Source: Mobula hypostoma (lineage: Eukaryota). From it: a DNA stretch of 64,000 nucleotides. The notes beneath the pieces are model-generated. The model saw only the letters and a list, made by a program, of their open reading frames with translations. It searched no databases and was not told where the DNA came from. The stretch is from the NCBI RefSeq assembly GCF_963921235.1, contig NC_086097.1, forward strand, positions 15,686,001 through 15,750,000. Direction: 5' to 3'. A program made the position numbers and the translations under genes. Position 1 is the first letter of the stretch; each line of letters begins with the position of its first letter. This document shows, piece after piece, positions 26,472 through 39,915 of the stretch.

Positions 26472-27215
26472 TGTTTGATGGTATATCCCGACAGGCAACC
26501 AAAGAGATGGGCATTTGGTGATGCCGAGGAGATTGGGAAAATGGTGGGGAGTGAGATGGAGATTGATGGTGTGGAGTTAACCTGGTAACTCTTCTTCCTT
26601 TGTTTACGCAAATTCTTTATTTCATCTAGATACACCCAGGCATTAAATGGCCCATATCCCACATCAGCTTGGCAAGCACATGTGAATGGAACTCACAGAG
26701 TCATACATTGCTGGAACAGGCCCTTTTGTCCAACTCATCCATCCCAACCAGGATATCAACCTAAGCCAGTCCCATTTGCCCAAATTTGGTACATATCCCT
26801 CTAAACCTTTCCTAACCACGTACTTGTCCAAATTTCCTTTATATGTCTTTTCAGGTTTCTGTTAATCACCTTAAGCTTCTAGATAATTGCAATGGGAAAT
26901 TAAAGCGTGAGAATTGCTGGTAGGTCTTGTGTTTAACCTTCCCCATCCAGGGATTTCTCTGCTCCACATTTCACATCACCAGTACTGCGCTGGGTGGGTA
27001 TGCTTTCAATATTACCTGCATGCTTTGCCCCTCACATCAGGTTTCCCTTCTCAATCTCTCCCAAAGCCATTGCTTTGCTCACCAACCTGTTCAGAATCAG
27101 GTATAATATCACTGGCATATCCCATGAAATTTGCCGTTTGCAGCAATAATACGTGATAATAAAAAACTTTAAATTACAGTAAGAAATGATATATATATAT
27201 ATATATACACATATA

Positions 27216-27372
27216 CAGAACTGTGCAAAAGACTTAGGAACCTTAGATTTTGTATATGGCCTCCACAGAACCTGATCTCAACGTCATTAACACTATCTGG
27301 GATTACCTGGAGAGACAGAAGCAAGGGAGACTGGCAAAGTCTGCAGAAGAACTGTGACAAGTTCTCCAAGAT
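27216..27372 (+). mobile_element. Tc1/mariner deletion-derivative fragment
   Basis: TA|cagaactgtgcaaaagacttagg TIR followed by a transposase C-terminal remnant (PPQNLISTSL-like decay of PPQSPDLN). Homologous to 62510-62908. Confidence 0.7.
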
Positions 27373-28870
27373 GAGCTCAATGCCTTTTATGTTTGCTTTG
27401 AAAGGGAGAATAAAACCACAGTTGTGAGGCTCCCTGCAACATCCAATAACCCTGTGATCTCTGTATCGGAGGCCGACGTAAGGCAATCTTTCAAAAGAGT
27501 GAACCCTCGCAAGGCAGCGGGGTCCGATGTAGTACCTAGTAAGACTCTGAAAACCTGTACCAACCAACCGGAGGGAGTATTCAAAGACATTTTCAATCTC
27601 TCATTGCTACAGTCAGAAGTTCCTGCCTGTTTCAGAAGGGCAACAATTATACCAGTGCCTAAGAAGAACAGGGTGAGCTATCATCCAGTGGCTCTCACAC
27701 CTACTGTGATGAAATGCTTTGACAGGTTGGTCATGGCTACAGGCAACTCTTTCCTCAGCAAGGACCTGGACCCACTGCAATTTGCCTAATGCCACAATAG
27801 GTCTACAGCAAATGCAATCTCAATGGCGCTCCACAGAGCCTTGGATCACCTGGACAATGGAAATACCTACTGCATGTCAGAATGCTGTTTATTGACTATG
27901 GCTCAGCATTTAACACCATCGTTCCTACAGTCCTGATCAAACTGCTACAGAACCTGTGTACCTCCCTCTGCAATTAGAACTCGACTTCCTAACCGAATTC
28001 TGTGTGGATTGGAAATAACATCTCCACCTCGCTGACAATCAACACTGGCGCTCCACAGGGATGGGTGCTTAGCTCACTGCTTTACTCTCGCTACACCCAC
28101 GTCTATGTGGCTAGACACGGCTCAAATGCCATCTATAAACTCGCTGATGATACAACCATTGCTGGCAGAATTTCTGATAGTGATGGAAGGGCATACAGGA
28201 GTGAGAGATACCAATTAGTTGAGTGATGTCGCAGCAATGACCTTGCACTCAACGTCAGCAAGACCAAAGAGCTGATTTACTCAGGAAGAGTAAGACGAGG
28301 GAACACACACCAGTCTTCATGGAGGGATTAGAAGTGGAGAGGGTGAGCAATTTCAAGTTCCTGGGGTGTAAATATCTCTGAGGACCTAACCTGGAAGCAA
28401 CGTATAAACCAGCAGGAGAGTGGCTATACTTCGTTAGGAGTTTGAGGAGACTTAGTTTGTCAACAAAAACACTTGAAAGCATCTACAAATGTACAGTGGA
28501 GAGCATTCTGACTGGCTGCATCACCGTCTGGTATGGGAGAGCTATGGCACAAGATCTAAATAAGTTGCAGAAACTTGTAAAATTAGTCAGCTCCATCTTG
28601 GGTACCAGCCTCCAAGACACCATCAAGGAGCAGAGACTTTGGATGGAGACACCCATCACTAAGGATCCCAACCACCCAGGAAATGCCCTCTTCATACAGT
28701 TACCATTGGGAAGGAGGTACAGAAGCCTCAAGGCACACACTCAGTGATTCAGGAACAGCTTTTGCCATCCAATTTCAAAATGGATATTGAACCTGTGAAC
28801 AGTACCTCACTACTTTTTTATTTCTGTGTTGTTTTTGCACTACTTTTTTTAACTTAACTATTTATTAGGC
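27373..28870 (+). mobile_element. Rex1/Babar-type LINE remnant
   Basis: HPVALTPTVMKCF, GAPQGWVLSSLLYS, LADD, ESILTGCITVWYG, LPLGRRYRS. Confidence 0.85.
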
Positions 28871-28881
28871 ATTATATATAT

Positions 28882-31800
28882 AAGATCATTGGGATCTCTT
28901 CTGGGGAAGGTGGGACCTGTACAGATTGGATGGGTTGCACCTGAACTCGAGGGGGAGCAATATCCTTGCAGGTAGGTTTGCTAGCATGGTTCGGGAGGGT
29001 TTAAACTAATTTGCAAGGGGGATGGGACCCAGAGCGATAGAGCAGTGAAAGAAGTGCATGGAGTAAAGCCAGATCTAACATACAGAGAGGCTTTGAGGAA
29101 AGAGAAGCAGAATAACGGTGTAAAGACAGTAAGGTAGAAGGGCTGAAATGTGTGTACCTCAATGCAAGAAGCATCAGGAACAAAGGTGATGAACTGAGAG
29201 CTTGGATACATACATGGAATTATGATGTAGTGGCCATTACAGAGACTTGGCAGGAATGGATTCTCCATATTCCTGGATTTCAGTGCTTTAAAAAGGATAG
29301 AGAGAGGGGGAAAGGGGAGGATGGGTGGCATTACTGGTCAGGGATACTGTTACAGCTACAGAAAGGGTGGGTAATGTAGCAGGATCCTCTTTTGAGTCAG
29401 TACGGGTGGAAATCAGGAACAGGAAGGGAGCAGTTACTCTATTGGGGGTATCCTTTAGGCCCCCTGGTAGCCACAAAGATACAGAGGGGCAGTCTGGGAG
29501 GCAGATTTTGGAAAGGTGCAAAAATAACAGGATTGTTATCATGGGTGACTTTAACTTCCCTAACATTGATTGGCACCTGATTAGTTCCAAGGGTTTAGAT
29601 GGGGCAGAGTTTGTTAAGTGTGTCCAGGACAGATTCCTGTCACAGTATGGTGACAGGCCGACTAGGGGGAATGCCATACTAGATCTAGTACTAGGTAATG
29701 AACTGGGTCAGGTCACTGATCTCTCAATGGGTGAGCATCTGGGGGACAGTGACCACCGCTCTCTGGCCTTTAGCATTATCATGGAAAAGGATAGAATCAG
29801 AGAGGACAGGAAAATTTTTAATTGGGGAAGGGCAAATTATGAGGCTGTAAGGCTAGAACTTGCGGGTGTGAATTGGGATAATGTTTTTGCAGGGAAATGT
29901 GCTATGAACATGTGGTCGATATTTAGAGATCTCTTGCAGGATGTTAGGGATAAATTTGTCCCGGTGAGGAAGATAAAGAATGGTAGGGTGAAGGAACCAT
30001 GGGTGACAAGTGAGGTGGAAAATCTAGTCAGGTGGAAGAAGGCAGCATACATGAGGTTTAGGAAGCAAGGATCAGATGGGTCTATTGAGGAATATAGGGA
30101 AGCAAGAAAGGTGCTTAAAAAGGGGCTGAGAAGATCAAGGAGGGGGCATGAGAAGGCCTTGGCAAGTAGGGTAAAGGAAAACCCCAAGGCATTCTTCAAT
30201 TATGTGAAGAAAAAAAGGATGACAGGAGTGAAGGTAGGACCGATTAGAGATAAAGGTGGGAAGATGTGCCTGGAGGCTGTGGAAGTGAGCGAGGTCCTCA
30301 ATGAATACTTCTCTTCGGTATTCACCAATGAAAGGGAACTTGATGATGGTGAGGACAATATGAGTGAGGTTGATGTTCTGGAGCATGTTGATATTAAGGG
30401 AGAGGAGGTGTTGGAGTTGTTAAAAAACATTAGGACGGATAAGTCCCCGGGGCCTGACGGAATATTCCCCAGGCTGCTCCACGAGGCGAGGGAAGAGATT
30501 GCTGAGCCTCTGGCTAGGAACTTTATGTCCTCGTTGTCCACGGGAATGGTACCGGAGGATTGGAGGGAGGCGAATATTGTCTCCTTGTTCAAAAAAGGTA
30601 GTAGGTATAGTCCGGGTAATTATAGATCAATGAGCCTTACGTCTGTGGTGGGAAAGCTGTTGGAAAAGATTCTTAGAGATAGGATCTATGGGCATTTAGA
30701 GAATGATGGTCTGATCAGGGACAGTCAGCATGGCTTTGTGAAGGGCAGATCGTGTCTAACAAGCCTGATAGAGTTCTTTGAGGAGGTGACCAGGCATATA
30801 GATGAGGGTAGTGCAGTGAGTGTGATCTATATAGATTTTAGTAAGGCATTTGACAAGGTTCCACAGGGTAGGCTTATTCAGAAAGTCAGAAGGCATGGGA
30901 TCCAAGGAAGTTTGGCCTGGTGGATTCAGAATTGGCTTGCCTGCAGAAGGCAGAGGGTCATGGTGGAGGGAGTACATTCAGATTCGAGGATTGTGACTAG
31001 TGGTGTCCCACAAGGATCTGTTCTGGGGTCTCTACTTTTCGTGATTTTTATTAACGACCTGGATGTGGGGGTAGAAGAGTGGGTTGGCAAGTTTGCAGAG
31101 GACACAAAGGTTGTTGGTGTTGTAGATAGTGTAGATGACTGTTGAAGACTGCAGAGAGATATTGATAGGATGCAGAAGTGGGCTGAGAAGTGGCAGATGG
31201 AGTTCAACCCGGAGAAGTCTGAGGTGGTACACTTTGGAAGGACAAACTCCAAGGCAGAGTACAAAGTAAATGGCAGGATACTTGGTAGTGTGGAGGAGCA
31301 GAGGGATCTCGGGGTACATGTCCACAGATTCCTGAAAGTTGCCTCACAGGTGGAAAGGGTAGTTAAGAAAGCTTATGGGGTGTTAGCTTTCATAAGTCGA
31401 GGGATAGAGTTTAAGAGTCGCGATGTAATGATGCAGCTCCATAAAACTCTAGTTAGGCCACACTTGGACTATTGTATCCAGTTCTGGTTGCCTCACCATA
31501 GGAAGGATGTGGAAGCATTGGAAAGGGTACAGAGGAGATTTACCAGGATGCTGCCTGGTTTAGAGAGTATGCATTATGATCAGAGATTAAGGGAGCTGGG
31601 GCTTTACTCTTTGGAGAGAAGGAAGATGAGAGGAGACATGATAGAGGTGTACAAGATAATAAGAGAAATAGATAGAGTGGATAGCCAGCGCCTCTTCCCC
31701 AGGGCACCACTGCTCAATACAAGAGGACATGGCTTTAAAGTAAGGGGAGGGAAGTTCAAGGGGGATATGAGAGGAAGGTTTTTTACTCAGAGAGTGGTTG

Positions 31801-31990
31801 GTGCGTGGAATGCACTGCCTGAGTCAGTGGTGGGGGCAGATACACTAGTGAAGTTTAAGAGGCTACTAGACAGGTATATGGAGGAATTTAAGGTGGGGGG
31901 TTATATGGGAGGCAGTGTTTGAGGGTTGGCACAGCATTGTGGGCCGAAGGGCCTGTACTGTGCTGTACTATTCTATGTTCTATGTTCTAT
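28882..31990 (+). mobile_element. CR1 LINE with end of ORF1 (SGNH esterase-like) and nearly complete ORF2 (APE + RT)
   Basis: ORF1 end reads FWGRWDLYRLDGLHLNSRGSNILA (~28899-28970). ORF2 has YLNARSIRNK, ITETW, GDFN, SDH, GVPQGSVLG and FAEDTK, with a few lesions. Tail (TTCTATG)n in a TA run. Confidence 0.93.
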
Positions 31991-33744
31991 ATATATATAT
32001 ATATATATATAATTAATGTGACTCAGTTTTTTTCTCTGTATTTATTTATGATGTATTTCATTGTACTGCTGCCGTAGACTTAAGAAATTTTACGGCATAT
32101 GTCGGTGATATTAAATCTGATTCTGATTCTGACTATGAGGTCAAGAGTTCATTTTACTTTGCTAGGGAACAACTGTGTTTTCCATGACTGCAAGAAACTG
32201 CAGAGAGTTGTAGATACAGCTCAGAACGTCAGGGAAACTAGCCTCCCCTCCATGGCTCTGTCTACACTTCTCGCTGCTTCAGTAAAGCAGTCAACGGAAA
32301 CAAAATCCCACCCACCCCAGACATTCTCTCCCCTTTCATTGGGCAGAAGATGCAAAAGCCTGAAAGCATGCAGTGCAATACATAACAAAAATGATAAATT
32401 AAGAAACATATATATTTAAATTAAATTAGTGGGGCAAAAAGAGAGCAAAACAATATAGTGAGGTAGGGTGCATGGGTTCATAGCCCATTCAAAAATCTGA
32501 TGGTGGAGGGGAAGAAGCTGTTCCTAAAATGTTGAATGCACATCTTATGTGGATTATGTGGGATTAGGTCCCAATGCAAGTAATCAGTAGAAGGAAACGT
32601 CTGTTTTCAGCTTCATTGGTAACACCCCCGTAAACCTAGCAGTGCATGCTAAGGTTAGAATTTAAGAATATAAGAAATGGGAACCAGTGGGAGACCCTCA
32701 TCCCTTGATCCTTCTCTACCTTTCAAAAAGATTGAAAATGATCCTGGTCTTGGACTCAGCAACAGTTTCCCATTCTCTCCCCATACTCCTTGACTTCCTC
32801 ATTGTTCTAATGACCTCACCTTCAATAATTCCATCTCAGCACATCTCATGCACAGGGAATTCCACAGATGTATGATGCTTTGAAAGAATAAATTCCTCTT
32901 CCACTCCATCTTAAATGGGTAAACCCTTATTCTGAAACAATGCCCCCGATGATTTTAGATAACCTTATGAGGTGAAACATTCTGTCAATGTCTGCTCCCT
33001 CAATCCCCCTAAGAAATTTATGTTACAATCAGATCAGATCTCATTCTTCAATGAAAGAAGACTGAACTTTCTCAACTTCTCTTTGTTCCCAAACTTCTTC
33101 GTTCCAAGTTTCAACTTAAATTCAGGTTCAGATTCTGATTTATTTATTTATCACATGTACATGGAAACATGCAGTGACATGTGTCATTTACATTAACAAT
33201 CCACACAACCTAAAGGTGTGCTGGGGGACAGCCTGCAAATGTCGCCACAGATTACAGTGCCAACACATGCCTACAATGTTCAGCAGAGCTACACAGAACA
33301 CAACATGCCACACAACAACAAAAGCAAAACATGTCCCTTTCCTCCGTCTCGCCCACCCACACGCATGGACAGTATTCCAACCCCAGTACAGACTTCCAGA
33401 CTTCTGCCATTAGTCTTTGAATTCCAGAGTTCCAATTGACCTTCAGGCTTTGGTATTGACCTTCAGTCTAGCCGATGTGAAAAGCCCAAACTCCAGGCCT
33501 CAAACTCTGGGCTTGATGACCCTCCAGACCTCGTGCCTCTTGCTTTCACAAACATCCTATCCCAGGACCCACTGACCTGAGACGTCCAACGTCTGCAGAT
33601 GTCCTACTGCTGGAAGAACTCAGTGAGACAAGCAATAGTGCTTTCTCTCACAAACTACTCACTTGCTCATGCAGTCAAGCACTTTCTGCTCCATCTTGAC
33701 CTCAGGATGCACAGACTAGAATGGAATCAAGTCATCCTCATTCC

Positions 33745-34330
33745 TGAGGGGCTGTTGAAATTGTATAAGACATTAGTGAGGCCTAATTTAGAAGACCTAG
33801 TTTTGATCATCTACTTACAGGAAAGATATAAATATAGGTGAAAGAGTACAGAGGGAATTTACAAGGATGTTGGCAGGACTGGAGGACGTGAGTTATATGG
33901 AAAGATTGAATAGGTTAGGACTTTACTCCTTGGAGCGTAGAAGATTGAGAGGAGATTTGATGGGTATGCAAGATCAGGAGGGGTATAGATAGGGTAAATG
34001 AAAGCAGGCTTTTTTTCCACTGAGGTTGGGTGGGACTACAACTAATGGTCATGGGTTAAGGGTGAAAGGTGAGAAGTTAAAGGAGAACATGAGGGGAAGC
34101 TTCTTCACTCAGAGGGTCGTGAAGGTGTGGAATGAGCTGCCAGGGCAAGTAGTACGTGGCAACTCAATTTCATCGTTTAAGAGAAGTTTGGGTAAGTACA
34201 TGGATGCTGAGAGTGTGGAGGGCTATGGTCCCGGTGCAGGTCGATAGGAGTAAGCAGTTTAAATGGTTCAGCACAGACTAGATGGGGACAAAAGGGCCTA
34301 TTTCTGTGCTGTACTTTTCTACGATTCAAT
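33745..34330 (+). mobile_element. CR1 3' fragment
   Basis: LYKTLVRPNLE, GHGLRVKG...FFTQRVV. Confidence 0.8.
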
Positions 34331-35056
34331 AACTAACAAGACAAGATGATAAGGAGAAATTCTTTAAACAGATGACTGGATCACTATACGGCAAGCTGAA
34401 ATTTATTATGTCACTTAGTTAATAAAATTTGGTTTTCTGTCTCTAATGGATTGCTATGCTTTGTAATTCCTTAATCTATATTTATGTTCAAATGGTCAGA
34501 TTTCCTCTTTAGAATTCAATGTTTTTACAATAAATTCTACTCAAAACTCTAATATCAGATAAATGGCCATCTGGGAGTTGTGATATGAGCTATCTCACAG
34601 GAGTGGGTAATTACTGTGTTACAACCAAACCAGAAATAACCACAGTTGGAGAAACATATTAATATAATCATTGCAATGGAATCTTCCCACTTGGTGTGTG
34701 TGTGATATTTTTGTAAAAAATAGTTGGAGCCGTGCAGATGTTGGAAAAGAATTCACTGGACGTGCGTCTCAAAAGAAAGATACATTTAGTAATATTTTTC
34801 ACTGGAGATATTGCTTCCATGAATACATAGCTATCGTACCAGCTGATCCTCAGCAGATCAGTTTATCTGCTCTGTTCCTCAAAGACATTGGCTGTATACA
34901 GAGCTTCAAGATCTTCCTTCTGCAGTCAGGCCAATTGACTAAAATGATTTTTGTGTATTTGTGTAGTCTGCAAATCAAATGTGTTTGAATAATATTTTGG
35001 CTCAGTTATTAATTAGCAAGTCAACAAAAATGTACTGACACTCCTGTGCCTAGCAT

Positions 35057-35609
35057 CATAGTCATAGTCATACTTTATTGATCCCGGGGAAAATTGCTTT
35101 TCATTACAGTTGCACCATAAATAATTAAATAGTAATAAAACCATAAATAATTAATAGTAATATGTAAATTATGCCGGGAAATAAGTCCAGGACCAGCCTA
35201 TTGGCTCAGGGTGTCTGACCCTCCAAGGGAGGAGTTGTAAAGTTTGATGGCCACAGGCAGGAATGACTTCCTATGACGCTCTGTGTTGCATCTCGGTGGA
35301 ATGAGTCTCTGGCTGAATGTACTCCTGTGCCCAACCAGTACATTATGTAGTGGATGGGAGACATTGTCCAAGATGGCATGCAACTTGGACAGCACCCTCT
35401 TTTCAGACACCACTGTGAGAGAGTCCAGTTCCATCCCCACAACATCACTGGCCTTACGAATGAGTTTGTTGATTCTGTTGGTGTCTGCTACCCTCAGCCT
35501 GCTGCCCCAGCACACAACAACAAATATGATCGCACTGGCCACCACAGACTCGTAGAACATCCTCAGCATCGTCCGGCAGATGTTAAAGGACCTCATTCTC
35601 CTCAGGAAA
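35057..35609 (-). mobile_element. 5'-truncated copy of the young Rex1/Babar family at 20305-21562
   Basis: Near-identical sequence (ORF 35198-35617 vs 20423-20794). Confidence 0.88.
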
Positions 35610-35625
35610 TTATGCACATACTACG

Positions 35626-36233
35626 TGTAACAGCCTGGGAAAAATTTCGCTGCTAATGTAATGGTCTTTTTGCAGAAACATTGCGAAGGTAATGGTTTTT
35701 CTGTAGCAGCAGTGTTTGGGTTATGGCTAGAGATAACGGGAGCTTTGGAATGGGCACCGTCCAATGAAGGGAGTGTTTTTTTTTCTTGTTGCGTGCCTGA
35801 GACCGAGGTGACCTGGGTCTTTTGTTCGGCGGAAGATGGAAAGAGAAGATGCCAGAATGGAGAGGTCGTAGACACCATAAAGGAGTGGATGGAGTGGGGC
35901 CGGGAGTCGACGAAGCCTAGGGGAAATCGATGGAGGACCAACGGAAGGGAAACCGTGAGCTCCAATGTGCACATTAGACTGTTCTATTAAAATGGGCCCT
36001 TTTCTTTTTGTTTTACTTTACCAACCCTTTAGTCAAATTAAGGATTATAAAGCTAAATCATTTAATTGCATATGGTGCGCTGTTTGTTATTTCGTGGTAC
36101 TGATTTGTAATGGTTTAACACATCACACAGCATCCACACCAGTAGGAGGTTTTGCACCTCAACCTCATACATTTGGTGGGACCAGAGATTGTCTTCCCTC
36201 GAATTATGCAGCCCACAGAACCGTCGGGTCATA
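35626..36233. mobile_element. Probable solo LTR (~608 bp)
   Basis: Starts TGTAACA and ends GGGTCATA (degenerate ...ACA). Flanked by tacg / tatg, a 4-bp TSD with CpG decay. Confidence 0.55.
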
Positions 36234-36249
36234 TATGTATGTAAACTAA

Positions 36250-36795
36250 CTTAAGTTTGAGGAGATTTGGTATGTCACCAAAAACACTCACAAGTGTACT
36301 GTGGAGAGTATTTTAACCGGCTGCATCACCTTCTGGTATAGGGGGTGGTCTACTGCACAGGACCATAGTAAGCTGCAGAGAACTTGTAAAATTAGTCAGC
36401 TCCATCATGGGCACTAGCCTCCATACTATCCAGGACATCTTCAAGGAGCGATGCCTCAAAAAGGTGGCTTCCTTCATTAAGGACCCCCATCACCCAGGAC
36501 ATCCCTCTTCTCATTGCTACTATCAGGAAGGAGGTACAGAAGTCTGAAGACATGGACTCAATGATTCAGGAACAGCTTTTTCCCTTCTGCCATCCAATTT
36601 CTGAATGGACATTGAACTCATGAACACTACCTCATTACTTTTTTATTTCTATTTTTGCACTACTTATTTAATTTAATTATATATATTATTGTAATTAAGT
36701 TTTTTCTCTCTATTATCATGTATTGCATTGTACTGCTGCAGCAATATTAACAAATTTCATGACATATACCAGTGATATTAAACCTGATTCTGATT
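36250..36795 (+). mobile_element. Rex1/Babar 3' fragment
   Basis: ESILTGCITFWY remnant, GRRYRS, (CTGATT) tail. Confidence 0.75.
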
Positions 36796-39004
36796 ATATT
36801 TATTGTGTTCTTTATCTTATTGTGTTTTTTTCTGTACTGTATCAAATCCAGAGTAAAAATTACTTTGTTCTCCTTTATATTTGTGTACTGGAAATCACTA
36901 AAACAATCTTGAATCTTGAATCTAAAATAATTCAGGGGATATTTGTGGAATTTTGAGAAAGTACTAACAACTCACAATTAAAGTTCAGGTTCCACACGTT
37001 ATTCAATAATTGCTTCTGTAAGCACCTGTGGTGTTTTATACAAATGCAGTTTGCTGTTATATATGCTAACAGCATGACTTCCTGCTTAGGAATTGTAAAA
37101 ACGGCATCCTAATTACCTTTGTGCCATTAGCTGAGGAGTCATGCAGGAGTGTGATAGATCAGTTGGATAAGAGATGTTGCAACAATAACCTTGCACTCAA
37201 TATCAGCAAGACAAAGGAACTGATTGTGGACTTCAGGAAGGGGTAGTTAGAAGAACACACAACAGTCTTCATTGAGGAATCAGCAATGGACAGGGTGGGC
37301 AGCTTCAAGTTGCTGGGTGTCAACATTTTGAATGGTCTACCCTGGGCCCAAAACATTGATGTAATCACAAAGAAGGCACATCAGAAGCTCCATTTCTATA
37401 GATGTAGGGTAGATGCATTCGGACTGCCTGCATCACAATCTGGTATGGAGTTTCCAGTGCACAGGATCTCACGAGGCTGCAGAGGGATGTGGACGCAGAC
37501 AGCTTCATCATGGGCCCAACATTCTCCACCATCAAGGGACACTTCCAAGTGGGCAGCATCCATCACTAAGGACTCTTGCCGGCTGGACGTGACCCCTCCT
37601 TGTTACTGCCATCAGGGATGAGGTTCAGGGGCCTGAAGACCCACACTCAGCAACTAGGAACGGCTTTATTTTGTTTTTATTTAGAGATACAGAGCAGAGC
37701 AGGACCTTCTGGCCCAATGAGCCACTCCGACCTGCAACTCACCTATTTAATCCTCGTCTAATCACAGGAAAATTTATGATCATTTAATCTACTATCCATC
37801 TTTGGACTGTGGGAGGAAACCACAAAACCCAGAGGAAATGCACAAATTCACAGGGAGGACATACAAACCTCTTACAGAATGGCACTGGAATTGAACTCTG
37901 AACTCTGATGCCCCAAGCTGTAATAGTGCCGTGCTCGCCATATTACCGGGACACCTAAACTTCTGAACAGTCCATGAGCCCTACTTGGTTATTCCTTTTT
38001 TGGCACTGTAAAATATAGTAATTTTACGTCTTTGCAAAACAACAAATTTCTGCCGTATAAGTTATAATAAACCTAATTTTGATTTTGATTCATTTCAAGA
38101 GTTCAAAAAATTAATGTCATTTGTGCGCTAACACTGGTGTTTATATTTCAGCTGATGTAAACAGGATGCAGACTGAGATTTTGTTATTCATTCACAGCCT
38201 ATGCAGTCCATTTTAATTTGCCTCCATGTGAATACTTCATTTGTGGATTTGAGGATGGAATGAGTTTGATCTGAGATTGTTTGATACAGATGCCATTTGA
38301 GTGTTTGTTTCTTCTTGAAAATGCTGGTCTATAGAGTCATAGAACACTACAGCATAGAAACAGGCCCTTCGGCCCATCGAGTTCATGCCAAACTGTCTAG
38401 CCCCATTGATCTGCACCCAGACCATAGCCCTCCATTCCCCTCCCATCCATATACCTATCCAAACTTCTATCAAATGTTGCAGTTGAAGCTGCACCCACCA
38501 CTTGCACTGGCAGCTTCACTGTTGTAAAGTCTACTGAGAGAATCACTAGGGTCTCCCTCCCCACTACTGGTGACATTTACCAGGGGATTGTATATGAAGG
38601 GCCCAAAGCATTGCTGCGGATCCCTACCAACCATCCCATAATCTCTTTGATCCACTACCATCAGTAAAGAGGTACAGGAGCATCAGGACTAGGACTGTCA
38701 AACTGGATAAAAGCGACCTCCCCCAGTCCGTGAGTCTAATTAATACCCAGCCACCACCGAGGTCTCGTCACTAGAAGAGCAAGCTGTTTACTGTTTACCT
38801 GTGCTGCACTCTTCACATGCAGTTTGGATTATATTTTCATTAACTCATTTGTGATAATATTTTTGTTTTATGTGTGTGATAATATGTATTGTGAATGTAT
38901 CGTGGTCCAAAGGAACATAGTTTCATTTAGCTGTGTGTGCGTATATAGATATATACATATATATACATACACACACACAATTAGATGACAATGAACTTAA
39001 ACTA

Positions 39005-39915
39005 CAAAGTTCAAAGTAAATTTTATTATCAGAATACATACATGTTATCCCGTACAACCTTAAGATTCATTTTTCCATTGGGCATACTCAGCAAATCTAT
39101 AGAACAGTAACTATAACAGGATCGATGAAAGATCAACAAGAGTGCAGAAAACAATACACTGCGCAAATGCAAATATAAATACATAGCAATAAATAATGAG
39201 AATGTGAGATAATTAGATAAGTAGTCCTTAAAGTGAGATCGTTGGTTGTGGGAACATCTCGGTGGATGGTCAAGTGAGTGTAGTTATCCCCTTTGTTCAA
39301 GAGCCTGATGTTTGAGGGGTAGTAACTGCTCCTGAACCTGGTGGTGCGAGTCCTGAGGCTCCTGTACCTTCTACCTAATGGCAGCAGCAAGAAGAGAGCA
39401 TGACCTGGGTGATGAGGATCTCTGATGATGGATGCTGCTTTCCTATAACAGCATTTCATGTAGATGTGTTCAATGGTTGACAGGGCTTTATCCATGATGT
39501 ACTAGGCTGAATTCACTACTTTTGTAGAATTTTCTGTACAATGGCATCAGTGTTTCCATGTCAGGCTGTGATGCAGCCAGTCAATCAATATACTCTCCAT
39601 TACACATCTATAGAAGTTTGTCAAAGTTTTTGATGTCATGCCAAACATCTGCAGACTCCTGAGGAAGTAGAGGCTGCCTTGCTTTCTTCACAATTGCATT
39701 TACATGCTGGGTCCAGGACAGGTCCTCTGAGATAGTGACACCCAGGAATTTAAAGTTACTAGCCCCACCCACTTCTGATCCCCTAATGATTACTGGCTCA
39801 TGGACCTCTGGTTTTCCTCTCTTGAAGTCTACAATCTGTTCATTGGTTTTGCTGACACTGAGTGAGGGATTGTTGTTATGACAGCACTCAGCCAAACTTT
39901 CAATCTCCCTCATTC
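39005..39915 (-). mobile_element. Rex1/Babar 3' fragment, followed by a minus-strand CR1 fragment (~39915-40430)
   Basis: FKFLGVTISEDLSW, LLPLGRRYRSLRTRT, (TTTGAAC) tail. Confidence 0.8.
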
